A stretch of 63,667 nt of DNA, the filler included, from Octopus bimaculoides (lineage: Eukaryota): assembly GCF_001194135.2 (NCBI RefSeq). It is 6 parts of 5 records of this genome, joined end to end, with 100 filler letters (N's around TTAATTAATTAA, not from the genome) between each part and the next. Parts side by side here need not be neighbours in the genome. Positions count along the whole stretch, not along the records: positions 1 to 18,740 come from NC_068986.1; positions 18,841 to 35,853 come from NC_068981.1; 4 more parts are not named here. One strand, written 5' to 3'. The notes beneath the pieces are model-generated. The model had not been told where the DNA came from and did not search any database. It worked only from the letters and a program-made list of their open reading frames with translations. Position 1 is the first letter of the stretch. Every line of letters starts with the position of its first letter. The translations under genes and the position numbers were made by a program. Below are positions 12,950-24,280 of the stretch, in pieces.

Positions 12950-14600
12950 CCCCGGACGCATATGACCATATAGGTTTTCAACATACAGGATACTCCATTA
13001 TGATTTTTTTATCAAATTTCTCATCAGAACTAGAGAATAAAAGAATTGCATCCCCGTTGCTTTTATTGTAGCAGAATTAACTTAGGGAGAAAATATTCCA
13101 ACTGTAATTTGGAGTGGCAGAAGAGAACAACAATGCGGGTCATGAGATGGTAATATAGCTACATTTATCTACCTTCTTATCAACATCAAAAAAATCTAAT
13201 GCAGCCAGTATTGTTACGTCTACTAAGAATTAAAACCACTGAGAATGGACAGTTAAGTTCTAGTTGCTGAACATATTTAATGTCAGATACTCTCTGAACG
13301 TCCTAATTTACTATGGTTATAAATTCGCTATGACTACATAAAGGAACAAATCTAAGAAGATATCAGTAAGATAGTGGTATATGCCCAGAAATAGGGAGGG
13401 CAGGGGTAACACAAACTATTTTATTAGTATCAGTTAAAAGGGGACTAAAATGGACAACAAAGGAGGTCACAATGAGATCTAAATGAGCATTAAGGGTACT
13501 CGGGGAACAGAATATCCACAATTTAGTCAAATTTATATATTACTGCGCTTTGTATAATAAATAGTAACATTTTAAAATTTCGAAAGGGATGTAACGACCA
13601 AGTAAGAGAAGGATATAAAAACCAATTTAAGCCCTAAAAATGTAGGTTACTTTTATATAAAATAGAAGCCACATAATAAATCATCCTAGCAAACTGCTAA
13701 CGTGATCATGATAAAACGATTCAACAATGAATCTACAATTAAAGCAAATTCAGAATCCATCCGACAAAGAGCTACACATTTGCTATTGACTGAAAACCAA
13801 GGATTAACGGCCAAAAAATTAGATAATTGGTTCTATAACAGGTAAACTTATTTAAAAACCTTGGGAATATATAATTATATAAAAAATTCCATCATTATTA
13901 AAAAATGTTAAAGGATGTAACGATGTAAGGATGTATAAAAATACCACATATATATACAAAAAATATCATATATATATATAAAAAATGTATTACTATTATT
14001 ATAAAATGTAATTACAAATACTCAAAGAAATTTAAATATAAATATCATATTGGATCATATTTTAACATGATTAACTGTAGAATGAAGTTACGACCCCTTC
14101 GCAAATCATAGAATGTTACACCAGTATATATGAGGGTAAATATGTATACAAAACACAAACTTTAATAATATAACATAATATCTGTACACTAAAATTTTCT
14201 TTGAGTAGTTTCTCTTGATAGGAAGCGGGTATTTCATTTAGATATGCAATCGCTCGGGAGAATTCTACCTCAAAACTTCAGGCCTAGAGGACAGTAATCT
14301 AACTTATACTGCTTCCGCTGCTTACAACATTATATGCAATACCAGAGTATGTGCTTGAAACAGTACGAGTACTGGCGTTTAGAAATATGTCATTGTCATG
14401 CTTGTTACAGAGATAAACGATTTCTTGACGGCAAGCGAGAAACCAATTAAACTCATCTAAATGTGGCAATTTAACTTCCACTTTGAGAAGCCACTCATTA
14501 AGAAAAACATTGGTTAACATACTCCTAAATATAATAATCTGACAACAGAGGTATTTAATATTTATAACGGAAGTCATTTGACCCGAGATCTATTTGATAA
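12950..14600 (-). mobile_element. possible highly decayed Penelope-like element
   Basis: Weak motifs in the expected order on the minus strand (YQEKLLKEN; SC*NMIQ; NCP; NYSWNI). Not conclusive by eye. Confidence 0.2.
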
Positions 14601-14699
14601 AAATTGACGCAGTGTTAAACAATACTAGATGACGTCTTGTATACTGTCCGGGCTGTTTTAAATCGAACACACTGGTTTACGGACAAAATTAGTTTTGGA

Positions 14700-14885
14700 C
14701 TTAAGGCAGTAAGCTGGCAGAATCAGATCTTCATGATCTGAGTTCAAACACCACCAAAGTCAACTTTGCCTTTCATTCTTTCGGCGCTGATAAAATAAGT
14801 ACCACTTGAGCACTGGGGTCGTTGCAATCGATTTGCCCCCTCTTTTGAGATTGCTGGCCTTGTGCCCAAATTTTAAGCCAATTTC
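14700..14885 (+). mobile_element. SINE family B with internal deletion
   Basis: aaggcagtaagctggcagaatc head; aaagtcaactttgcctttcattctttcggcgctgataaaataagtacc...ctggggtcg core. Confidence 0.8.
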
Positions 14886-15599
14886 ACGAATACACAGTTC
14901 ATCAGATGTTATGCTCATGTGGACCGGACCAAATAATAAGTTAATACACATTAGTAAATCATTCCATTTCGGTAGGTTCAGCTACATGTTAAATCTATTC
15001 GATTTATTTTGTTCCTTTCTATAAATGTCATTAGATAATGTATATATTATTTACATTTATAGTAGACAATGTAGAAAAGCATACATGTTTCCGATATATC
15101 ATTATTAAAATAATTTCATTAGCCGTTTCATGAAGAATAAGCTTGAATAATGTATAATTACATGGTTACAATACATGATTAAGGAATTTGCATCAAATAA
15201 ATTGTAACGAAATCTTATCCCAAATCGCCAGCATTGATGCCAACTATATTTGTTATAATCCGTTGTTAGTTTAAATGCAAGTGAGACTGAGAGAATGAGA
15301 TGTACGTCGCTCAGTACTGGTGTAGTATGCTCAGAGCAGTGACACTGTTAAACAAACGTCCACATGAATTGCACAATAATATTGGTGCAGCTAAAATTGA
15401 ATGTGGTGACTGAACCCGAAGAACCTTGAAATGCTTTTACACCTACTTTAGATTTGCCAGTGGCATGTGTAGCATTGTTAAATTGGAATGATAGGTACGT
15501 TGGCGCAGTCGTTGTCTCTTATGTGAGATTTTAGTCAAACCTACAAAATGCAGAAATGTACAAAAAGTTCCATTACGTTCATATTCTTTTCCTGTGTTT

Positions 15600-16460
15600 C
15601 CTTTTCGTATTTTCCTCATAATATTTACTTGTATTTCCCTATTTTGCTAAAAGGTTTTCACTCCATCCTATATTGTGAAATCTAAATACAGCAATCCCCT
15701 GTGAGACTTTCAGGCTTTCAGGCTTCTTTTTGTATCAATTTCAACCTTTAACTTCTCCTTTGATGCAAGATTGAAACCGAAGTGTGGCTTACGTTATTTC
15801 CTTTTTCACTGAACAAGTTCCCCATAATATATTTACTTAAGTGTACGCTCGATGACCATATGAACAATATATCCAGAGCACTGCGAAAGTTTTCAAAATT
15901 ATAATCTGAATCAACAAATACCGTCAAATGCAACAAGAATCTCAGAGTCAGGTTGAATGATTTCCATTTTGTTTTCAGAATACAGCGTAAGAAGTTTTGA
16001 TGAGATCGTTCCAGTAATCCGAAGAAAATTTTAGTGTATAAATAATATATTATATTATTAAATTTTGTGTTTTGCATACCTATTCACCCTCAAGTGATGC
16101 TTGTAACATGTCCAAGAGTATAGAAGAGTATAGAAGAGTATAGAAGAGGAGATGACACAAAATAATTATAACGGGATATTTCTGTTTCATTACTGGTATG
16201 CGTTTGGGCTCAGACCTGAGAATCAAAACATCCTGCCTTTTGAATACTTAAAGATATTTCTGAAATTAACGCTCCATCATTATACACTGCACTCCCAATG
16301 TATATGAACGATCCAACAATCTTAAGAAGTTTGTTTCACACGTACTTTATGTTGATGTATAACTTGACTCCGGGAGGTTGAGAAAACAAACTACTGCCAA
16401 GCCCAAGATATATCGTGCTTTGATGTTTCACGTATCATGTATCATCTCTTTTTATTGTGA
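15600..16460 (-). mobile_element. RTE-clade LINE, RT C-terminal remnant
   Basis: KIVGSFIYIGSAV...ISEISLSIQKA; LLERSHQNFLRCILKTKW; GYIVHMVIERTLK*IYYGELVQ*KR, in the RTE motif order. Confidence 0.75.
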
Positions 16461-17273
16461 TATATTATTCATATGCATAAAAATATAGCTTTAAAAAACG
16501 ATATTTAAAATGTACTTGTTTCTAATTGAACTGTCAATTAACTAAAAATATCAGCTAGTATAATATATATATATTAATTACAACAGAAACTAACAATATT
16601 AAAAGTAATCATCGCAATACCAAATAAGACTATTGCTATGTTGTATTTATTCTCTTAACTTTTTGTACGGAAAACACGAAATTTGCTTGATGTATAGTTT
16701 ATCTAAAATCTAGATTCGCACTAAATGAAATCTGTTTGAAGTGTATTAATATTCTAATTAGTATTAATTAATCATATGATCTATTTCAATCGATTTGATT
16801 GTATGAACATATACAATCAAATATATTATTGACAAAGGCGGAATTATCACTATTCATTCAACAGTGCAGCCTGGGATTTGTCGCACCTACTCTTTTACCA
16901 GAAAATTACGTGCAAAATTATATTTTCCATCAAAAATGGTTACACGTGGAAGTAGTGAAAACCATTCTACAACGATTTGCCACTCGTGTGCTGATCTCAT
17001 GTACAGATATATTTAAGCCCCAAACTAATTTGGTTTTAAAATTTTAGCTCTAGGCTAGCAATCTCAACCGTGGGAAAAAATCAATTCCAACGACTCCAGT
17101 ACTCAGCATGTACTTATTTATCCTGGTATGCTAACGATTCTGATAGTTCTCCGAGCAGTGCTCTCATAATATTGAAATTATTTAGAATTTTATAGAAATA
17201 AATTCACGGTTATATGTTTCATAAACATGTCTTTTCATTTGAGATACACTGACCAGCAAACATTGTGCATATG

Positions 17274-17318
<45 letters not shown>

Positions 17319-17519
17319 CTGTCTGTCTGTCTGTCTGNNNNNNNNNNNNNNNNNNNNNNNNNNNNNNNNNNNNNNNNNNNNNNNNNNNNNNNNNNNNNNN
17401 NNNNNNNNNNNNNNNNNNNNNNNNNNNNNNNNNNNNNNNNNNNNNNNNNNNNNNNNNNNNNNNNNNNNNNNNNNNNNNNNNNNATATATATATATATAGT
17501 GAAGTATATTGCCACTTAA

Positions 17520-18660
17520 ATGTGGCTGACCCCTAGGGGTGGATGTTACTGTTGCTTTTAGCCCCAGGAGGACATCTCCTCCAGCTGGCTTATCGACACA
17601 CTTCTGTGTCCTGTTTGTTTTGCCAAGGGAAGTTATCCCTCTCATCGTGATCTGTAGCACGAACGGACTCGAGTTTCAGGGTTATTTCCCTTCGGCAGCG
17701 TCCGATAGCCATCAAATTTGCTAATTTTATTTATAATATTATTAACCTTAATATATTGTATTTTATTCTTATATCCTGCTTTACTGAAAGCAAAATTATA
17801 TTGGTCTTTATGTCTACTAAATATATCTTCATTAAAACATAAATATTACTAATAATATGTACTAATGCTTTTTTAATTGAAGTTGGGTGATTGATTTGAT
17901 AATTAATATATTTTAATTTAGAATTAGGTTTAATTTATGGCTCATATATTTCAGATGATAAATTAGTGTTCCAATTTAAATAGTTAATTGAATAATATTC
18001 TTTTTCTATAATTATTGATACTGCAAATCTTTTAGGAAATTTAAATAATCGTTTCTTTATAAGTTCTACGCGTCTATTAGATGTAATCTTAACTACAACG
18101 AATGAATCGTCTCTACATAGTTCCCCTTTGAGCTCTGGGAATTCATCTTGCATATTATTCAATAAATATATTCCCACTTTGTCAGTTATTTGCGCGGCAT
18201 CTGCCCCTCCCATAGATATATAGAAACGGTTAGGGGCATCTTTCCTGCCCTTAATTTATTATCGAAATTTATAACTGATTTACGGGCTCTGTATATTTTT
18301 TTAGAAAATAGCAAAGCGCTATTTAAGATAGTAAAGTTTATACTAGAGTAATAATTATCAATATCTATTTGTAGGAATTCGTTTATAATTATTATTTATC
18401 TTTGAAAACCATTCAATTGTAATGTAGGTGTTTGACCATGATTGTAGTTTGATCTTATTTTTCAAGATCTGTATATATTTACCTAAAATTATCTTGCTAA
18501 GTATATATAAATCAGATTTATTAGGACACATTAACCTAACCTTTATATGTATTTGAAAATTCTACTTATGATCGATATTTGTAATCCGTGGCCTACAGGA
18601 TATTCAATAAGCTCCCTGGATATTTACTATCCCGTAGGTGGTACATTAACACCTAATTGA
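17520..18660 (-). mobile_element. Penelope-like element: RT pseudogene plus terminal repeat, no GIY-YIG domain
   Basis: Motifs across frameshifts: IDHK*NF..RLMCPNKSD..SKIIL..QSWSNT..IEWF; FLQIDI; LNSALLFSK; MGGADAAQITDKVGIYLL; CRDDSF; INYLNWNTNL..YEP; KPN..NHP..KAGY. Followed by a hammerhead motif and non-coding terminus. Confidence 0.85.
17660..17704 (-). ncRNA. minimal type I hammerhead ribozyme with one core substitution (A6 to C)
   Basis: 5'-CGGACG CUGCCGA AGGG AAAUAA CCCU GAAA CUCGAG UC/CGUUCG-3': 6-bp stem I (one G.U), 4-bp stem II, palindromic stem III, GUC cleavage triplet. Confidence 0.8.
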
Positions 18661-18694
18661 AATATTATCTTTTATATATGTGTGTATATATATG

Positions 18695-18740
<46 letters not shown>

Positions 18741-18840
18741 NNNNNNNNNNNNNNNNNNNNNNNNNNNNNNNNNNNNNNNNNNNNTTAATTAATTAANNNN
18801 NNNNNNNNNNNNNNNNNNNNNNNNNNNNNNNNNNNNNNNN
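18741..18840. other. artificial scaffold spacer (44N + TTAATTAATTAA + 44N)
   Basis: Same 100-bp layout at 35854-35953, 44589-44688, 59455-59554 and 62231-62330; the 12-mer gives stops in all six frames. Confidence 0.95.
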
Positions 18841-18883
18841 ATGATGATGATGATGGTGGTGGTGGTGGTGGTGGTGGTGGTGG

Positions 18884-18936
<53 letters not shown>

Positions 18937-18937
18937 C
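18841..18937. repeat. compound (GAT)n(GGT)n(GAT)n microsatellite
   Basis: Direct reading; source of the poly-His/Ile/Thr ORF-track entries. Confidence 0.97.
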
Positions 18938-19014
18938 AGCGCATATAAGTGTGTATTTGTGTGTGTATGTGTGTGTGCGTGCATGTATATGTATGTTTAT
19001 GTATATACATGTGT

Positions 19015-19240
19015 GAGTGTATCTTTGTGTTTGACCCTTACCACCGCTTCACAACCAGTGTGGGCTTGTTTACGTTACCGTAATTTAGCCGTTCGGCAAA
19101 CAAGACCGATAGAATAAAAGTACTAAACTTTAAAAATAAGTACCGGGATCAGCTTGTTCGATTTGTTAAACCCTTCAGGGTGGCGCACCATCATAGCCGA
19201 ACTCCAACGACTGAAATAAGTAACAGAAAAAGGAGAAAAA
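19015..19240 (+). mobile_element. SINE family A 3' module
   Basis: accgcttcacaaccagtgtgggcttgtttacgttaccgtaatttagccgttcggc...gaaataagtaacag. Confidence 0.75.
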
Positions 19241-19494
19241 AGAGCATAAAAAAAGTACACCATTTCATCGAATATCAAAGACTATATAGTGACCATGCAA
19301 TTTAGAAAAAGTCTCAGCCATCATATTTACCAGACATCTCGCTACTTTCTTTTCAGTACGAATTACAGAAAACGCTTGTGATACGGTTCTATATTACAAG
19401 TGGTAGGTCTAGTTGTTGTGATTACTTACGCCCAGGTTAGCCCAGATTGAGGAAACCTATATAGAAATATATTCATGTAGCATTTTTAGTGCCA

Positions 19495-20840
19495 CACGAG
19501 GCATTCCAGAAGCTTTAAGATTTTTTTCCGGAAAGAAATTTATTAATCTCTGAGAAGTGTGGAGGCGCAATGGCCCAGTGGTTAGGGCAGCGGACTCGCG
19601 GTCATAGGATCGCGGTTTCGATTCCCAGACCGGGCGTTGTGAGTGTTTATTGAGCGAAAACACCTAAAGCTCCACGAGGCTCCGGCAGGGGATGGTGGCG
19701 AACCCTGCTGTACTCTTTCACCACAACTTTCCCTCACTCTTACTTCCTGTTTCTGTTGTGCCTGTAATTCAAAGGGGCAGCCGTGTCACACTGTGTCACG
19801 CTGAATATCTCCGAGAACTACGCTAAGGGTACACGTATCTGTGGAGTGCTCAGCCACTTGCCCGATAATTTCACGAGAGGCTGTTCCGTTGATCTGATCA
19901 ACTGGAACCCTCGACGTCGTAAGCGACGGAGTGCCAACAAATCTCTGAGAAGTACAAATCAATAATCTCGTTCAAAATAAGATCCTCTCACTTCAATGAC
20001 CTTCTTGTTTCGTGAAGTACCCATGGAGGTCCTCTAAAGTGAAGGTCTTCAGGACCCTTCTTACAGCATCCTTCATCTTTTCAGCGTCTTGAAAACGACT
20101 GCTCCTGAGATTCTCCTTCAGCGTGGGAAAAGACCAAAAGTTACAGAGAGTAAGGTCTGCACTGTAGGGAGGATGAGGGACAGTTTCGATGCCCATCTCT
20201 GTCAAATAGTTGGTTACTTGACTGTAACCAACTACTTTGAGGTATGGACTGATGCATTGTCCTGGTGCAAGAACTCTGGCCTTTCGCGACGAAATCTCTT
20301 CTTGAACTTCATCAAAACCGCCACAAAGTATTCTTTGTTGACTGTTTGGCTAGGGTAACCCAGTGGATACAGATAATGCCCTTGCTGTGAAGGAAGAGGA
20401 AAAGGGATCATCATGAGGTTCCCGGTGGAACTGCTTTGCTTGGCCTCTTGTGCCAGCGAAAAACAGATGTTCAGCTCATGCATGTTAACCCATAAGCAGT
20501 GTAGAGCCTTTCATAAATTTCAGTAGCGCTTATGTCCAGTTTAACAAAAAACCTTATTACATAGCGAGCTTCCAAATTGTCTTCATATCCCGACTGCATT
20601 CTGCAGACAAGTCAGCTGTGACAAGCTATGCTTAGTAGGATGTGTTCAAAGTACTCTTACAGTAATCTTCTTCAATCTTGTCAAACAAAAGTTGGCAGGT
20701 CAGCGTATAAGATAGATGTATAATAATGATACGCTAAAATTACAATAATCTAGGACGGTTATAACTGTCTCACCTACAAAAAGAAAAAAACAAACAAACA
20801 AACAAAAAAACGTCTCAAAACTTCTGGAATACACCTCGTA
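19495..20840 (-). mobile_element. mariner element with both TIRs, internally deleted transposase, interrupted by a SINE
   Basis: TIRs cacgaggcattccagaagctttaaga (19495-19520) and tctcaaaacttctggaatacacctcgta (20813-20840). Peptides LEARYVIRFFVKL..ATEIYERL, HQDNASVHT, HPPYSADL, IEVRGSYFE. Confidence 0.9.
19559..19939 (+). mobile_element. SINE family C (tRNA-derived, ~380 bp), full length with 14-bp TSD
   Basis: A box tggcccagtgg, B box-like gtttcgattcc, (CAA) tail; TSD aatctctgagaagt at 19545-19558 and 19940-19953. Confidence 0.95.
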
Positions 20841-21057
20841 TCTAGGACTGTGTCCACTGTGTCTTTACTTGCGTATATGTGTAGTGTGTCAGTGAGTTAT
20901 CTAATACACGTATCAATAGAAACGACCTTCCGCAGTCAGTGAGTTTTGTGACACATGATGATACTGAGATATTTTTATTTGGAATAACCAGGAGGAAAGT
21001 CGTATGTGACGGTGCTCAATCAGTAACCCATTTAAACTTGTAACCCACAGGTATGTT

Positions 21058-21060
<3 letters not shown>

Positions 21061-21122
<62 letters not shown>
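21061..21122. repeat. (CT)n microsatellite
   Basis: Direct reading. Confidence 0.97.
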
Positions 21123-21124
<2 letters not shown>

Positions 21125-21139
21125 CTCATATATTCCTTA

Positions 21140-21320
21140 CTAAAATGGCCTCCGATACCATATGCCTCCAAGCCTACATGACTCGCTCATCTTTTCATGC
21201 TTTTGTCACCCATTCTGTGTCTTCCTGCTTAGACTTCTATACCCAACTCTTCCTCCCAGTACATCGACCCTCAGCCTTCTGCGATTAAATCCTACTGCTC
21301 ATGCATTTTCTTCAGAGTAC
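21140..21320 (+). mobile_element. possible L2-type LINE RT remnant
   Basis: HAFV..SSCLDFY..LRLNPTAHAF weakly resembles HAFVTSRLDYCN..LQxIQNxAAR. Confidence 0.25.
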
Positions 21321-21479
21321 GCATGTTCAAGCTAAACATCAATCACATTGAGCTGGTCAAACGAGTCTTTTCCTTCTGACTAGCACCACAATATTCAAAT
21401 ATACATACATACATACATACATACATACATACATAAATACATACACACGCACAAACATACATATACACACATATATTTA

Positions 21480-21522
<43 letters not shown>

Positions 21523-21631
21523 NNNNNNNNNNNNNNNNNNNNNNNNNNNNNNNNNNNNNNNNNNNNNNNNNNNNNNNNNNNNNNNNNNNNNNNNNNNNNN
21601 NNNNNNNNNNNNNNNNNNNNNNNNNNNNNNN

Positions 21632-21820
21632 CTTCTTTCAATCATTGGATTGCAGCCATGATGGGGTACTGTCTTGAAGGGTTTAGTCGAACAAAGCCTA
21701 GTACTTATTGTATCGATATTTTTTGCTGAATCGCTATGTTGCAGGGACATAGATAAATCAACACCGATTGTGAAACGCTGAGAGGAGAACAAACGCGAAG
21801 ACAACATACACACATAGGTA

Positions 21821-21830
<10 letters not shown>
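21632..21830 (-). mobile_element. SINE family A 3' module
   Basis: tcaatcattggattgcagccatgatggggtactgtcttgaagggtttagtcga...cctagtacttatt on the plus strand. Confidence 0.75.
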
Positions 21831-21869
<39 letters not shown>

Positions 21870-22152
21870 ATAGTACAAATAAAATTGTGCCTTATGACGT
21901 AATGTAATAGGCATATATAATAACTGATAAGGTTGGCTTACCACTTAAATCTCTCACTTGAACTGCGACCAAAAGAAAAAAGTGGTGTTGTAGCCATGCA
22001 GCAAGGAATGGCTACAAGTGGTTTATCATTTGAGCTGGTAAATATCAAGTATACGAAAGAATGAACAGGCAAACAATTGTTATCAGTTTAGAGAGTGAAA
22101 TTTATAATCTAAACACAATTGTAGAGTTGTTACAAGTGCATATATATATATA

Positions 22153-22315
22153 CACGATGCTTCTTTCAGCTCCGTCAACCAAATCCGCTCACAAGACTTT
22201 GATCGGCCCGAGGCTATCGTAGAAGACGCTTGCTCAAGGTGCCATGCAGTGTGACTGAAACCCAGAACCATGGAGTCGGGAAACAAACATCTTACCACAC
22301 AGCCTAGCCTGCACA
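22153..22315 (-). mobile_element. SINE family A head/CORE module
   Basis: gcttctttcagctccgtcaaccaaatccgctcacaagactttgatcggcccgaggctatcgtagaagacgcttgctcaaggtgccatgcagtg. Confidence 0.85.
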
Positions 22316-22671
22316 TATGCCACTAAAGTCAAGTTTGCCTTCCAACCTTTCATGATCGATAAATTTAGGTAACAATTCAGTCCACTTGTAGGTTGAAGTG
22401 ATTGTTAGAACGCCAGTCAAGACAGTTTGCAGTTTCTGCTGAAGTTATTTGCGTCCTGATGGCAACGCCTGTGATGACACTAGTACTGAGATGTATCGGC
22501 CCTGTCTTTCTCTTTAACATGATCAATGGCATTGAAAAGGAAGACTTGCATTCATGAACAACAGCATGTCTTCCACAAAATACATTGCCCAGACCTGAGT
22601 CGTGGAGAGATACTATGTAAGATTGCAGATACCCATACTATGTGTAACAAACGATAAAGGTCGCTGATACA

Positions 22672-23870
22672 TTAGGGTGGTGCAAAAATAATTACTATTT
22701 TTAGCTATCAGATTTAAGAAATATATCTAAGCCTAGAATAAATTCTATTAATCGAAATGCTGGTTTCAAGACCAGCAATTTTGGGGAAGCGGGGCAAGCC
22801 GTCTATTACATTGACCCCAGTACTTGACTCGTATTCTATTTTATCGACCTCAAAGAGATGAAGGCAAAGTTGACCACGGCAAGACTTGAGTTCAGAGCAT
22901 AAAGAGCCGCTAGAGATGCCGCCAAGTATTTTGGTCGACACGCCAACGATTCTGCCAGCTCGATGCTTTTATCAGTCGAAATAGTAATCCAGTGAATTTA
23001 CACGTTTTTTCTAACAAGAAGCAAGATTGTATTTATTCGGATAGCTTAGAATTCTGGAGTCTTGGAACCGATGAAACCTTTATAGGCATTATGAGTTATT
23101 CCTTGGTTATTGAAGACCCCTTGCAGGAGTTATCTAGATGCTTGTAAAAGTAGTAGTCAGTTTGAGAAAAATCTAATGAGTAAGATGGATGAGATAGAAT
23201 TTCCTGACCCAGTTCATTCGATTTCTGCTGAGTCATTTGTGAGACAAATTGTTAGGCGTTGTCTTGCGGAAGAATTAGTCCTTGTCGATTGACCAATGCT
23301 GAAGGTAAAAGTGAAGTTCCTGGAGCACTTTGTTGATTCCCTGACAATAATTCTCTGCTGTGATTGCTTCACCTGGGTTTAAGAAATAGTACTAGGTGAG
23401 TCCACTAAACAGAGACCATAACATGCTTGTTATCCAGTTTATGGTTGTCCAGCAATTTTGCTGCTTCTCTTTGATCCTAGCATAGAACGCTGTCGGTTGT
23501 CATATGGAATTCATTTTCTGTCGCATGTCACCACAACGCAATCAAGAAATGGAATACATTTTGTTGCGCAAAAGTAGCCGAGTGCAGACTTCGTAATTCG
23601 TGATTTCAGCAAGAAATCATTCAGCTTGTGCAGCATCCGTTCCTTGAGTATTTTTGATTTTGCAATGTGGTACAATTGTCGGAAAACTGTTGATTAGTCA
23701 ACGCTTAAATTCTACAGCAATTTCTAAAGTTGTTTTACATGAATCCGCTCCCGTAATGGCAGAAGCGTTGCCAGGTTTTAAAGTTAGCGGGACCGAGCAC
23801 ATAAAAAAAAGGCGCTGTGACACCGAACAAATTTAAACTCATTTCTCTTATATTACGCGAAATGTTTAAT
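22672..23870 (-). mobile_element. mariner element resembling Hsmar1 (cecropia subfamily), decayed, interrupted by a SINE B
   Basis: 3' TIR ttagggtggtgcaaaaataatt at 22672. Peptides FLDCVVVTCDRK*IPYDNRQR, FLNPGEAITAENYCQ, ALVNRQGLILPQDNA, HPSYSLDFSQTDYYFYKHLDN. Confidence 0.85.
22745..22962 (-). mobile_element. SINE family B inserted in the mariner 3' UTR
   Basis: ttgaccccagtac...ttttatcgacctcaaagagatgaaggcaaagttgacc...ccaacgattctgccagctcg. Confidence 0.85.
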
Positions 23871-23893
23871 TAGTTATAATATAGGCAACTGTA

Positions 23894-24280
23894 GTGGAGG
23901 CGCAATGGCCCAGTGGTTAGGGTAGCGGACTCGCGGTCATAGGATCGCGGTTTCGATTCCCAGACCGGGCGTTGTGAGTGTTTATTGAGCGAAAACACCT
24001 AAAGCTTCACGAGGCTCCGGCAGGGGATGGTGGTGAACCCTGCTGTACTCTTTCACCACAACTTTCCCTCACTCTTACTTCCTGTTTCTGTTGTGCCTGT
24101 AATTCAAAGGGTCAGCCTTGTCACAATGTGCTACGCTGAATATCCCCGAGAACTACGTTAAGGGTACACGTGTCTGTGGAGCGCTCAGCCACTTGCACGT
24201 TAATTTCACGAGCAGGCTGTTCCGTTGATCTGATCAACTGGAACCCTCGGCGTCGTAAGCGACGGAGTGCCAACAACAAC
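23894..24280 (+). mobile_element. SINE family C, full length
   Basis: Nearly identical to 19559-19939; (CAA)3 tail; imperfect TSD gcaactgta / gtaactgta (23885-23893, 24281-24289). Confidence 0.95.

Noticed and set aside
17600-17650. SECIS-like element downstream of the PLE hammerhead (minus-strand atga plus hairpin)
   Set aside because: Lacks the paired GA quartet and correctly spaced AAR; the hairpin is a simple aggga/tccct stem.
18785-18796. TTAATTAATTAA islands (also 35898, 44633, 59499, 62275) as a conserved motif or homeodomain site
   Set aside because: Always centred in 44N + 12 + 44N; an artificial scaffold spacer. Adjacency across these joins is uncertain.
19559-19640. SINE C heads as tRNA genes
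   Set aside because: No acceptor stem or Pol III terminator, and they continue into 300 bp of SINE body with TSDs.
20990-21056. ag...gtatgt-bounded 59-nt exon candidate
   Set aside because: Stop codons in all three frames.
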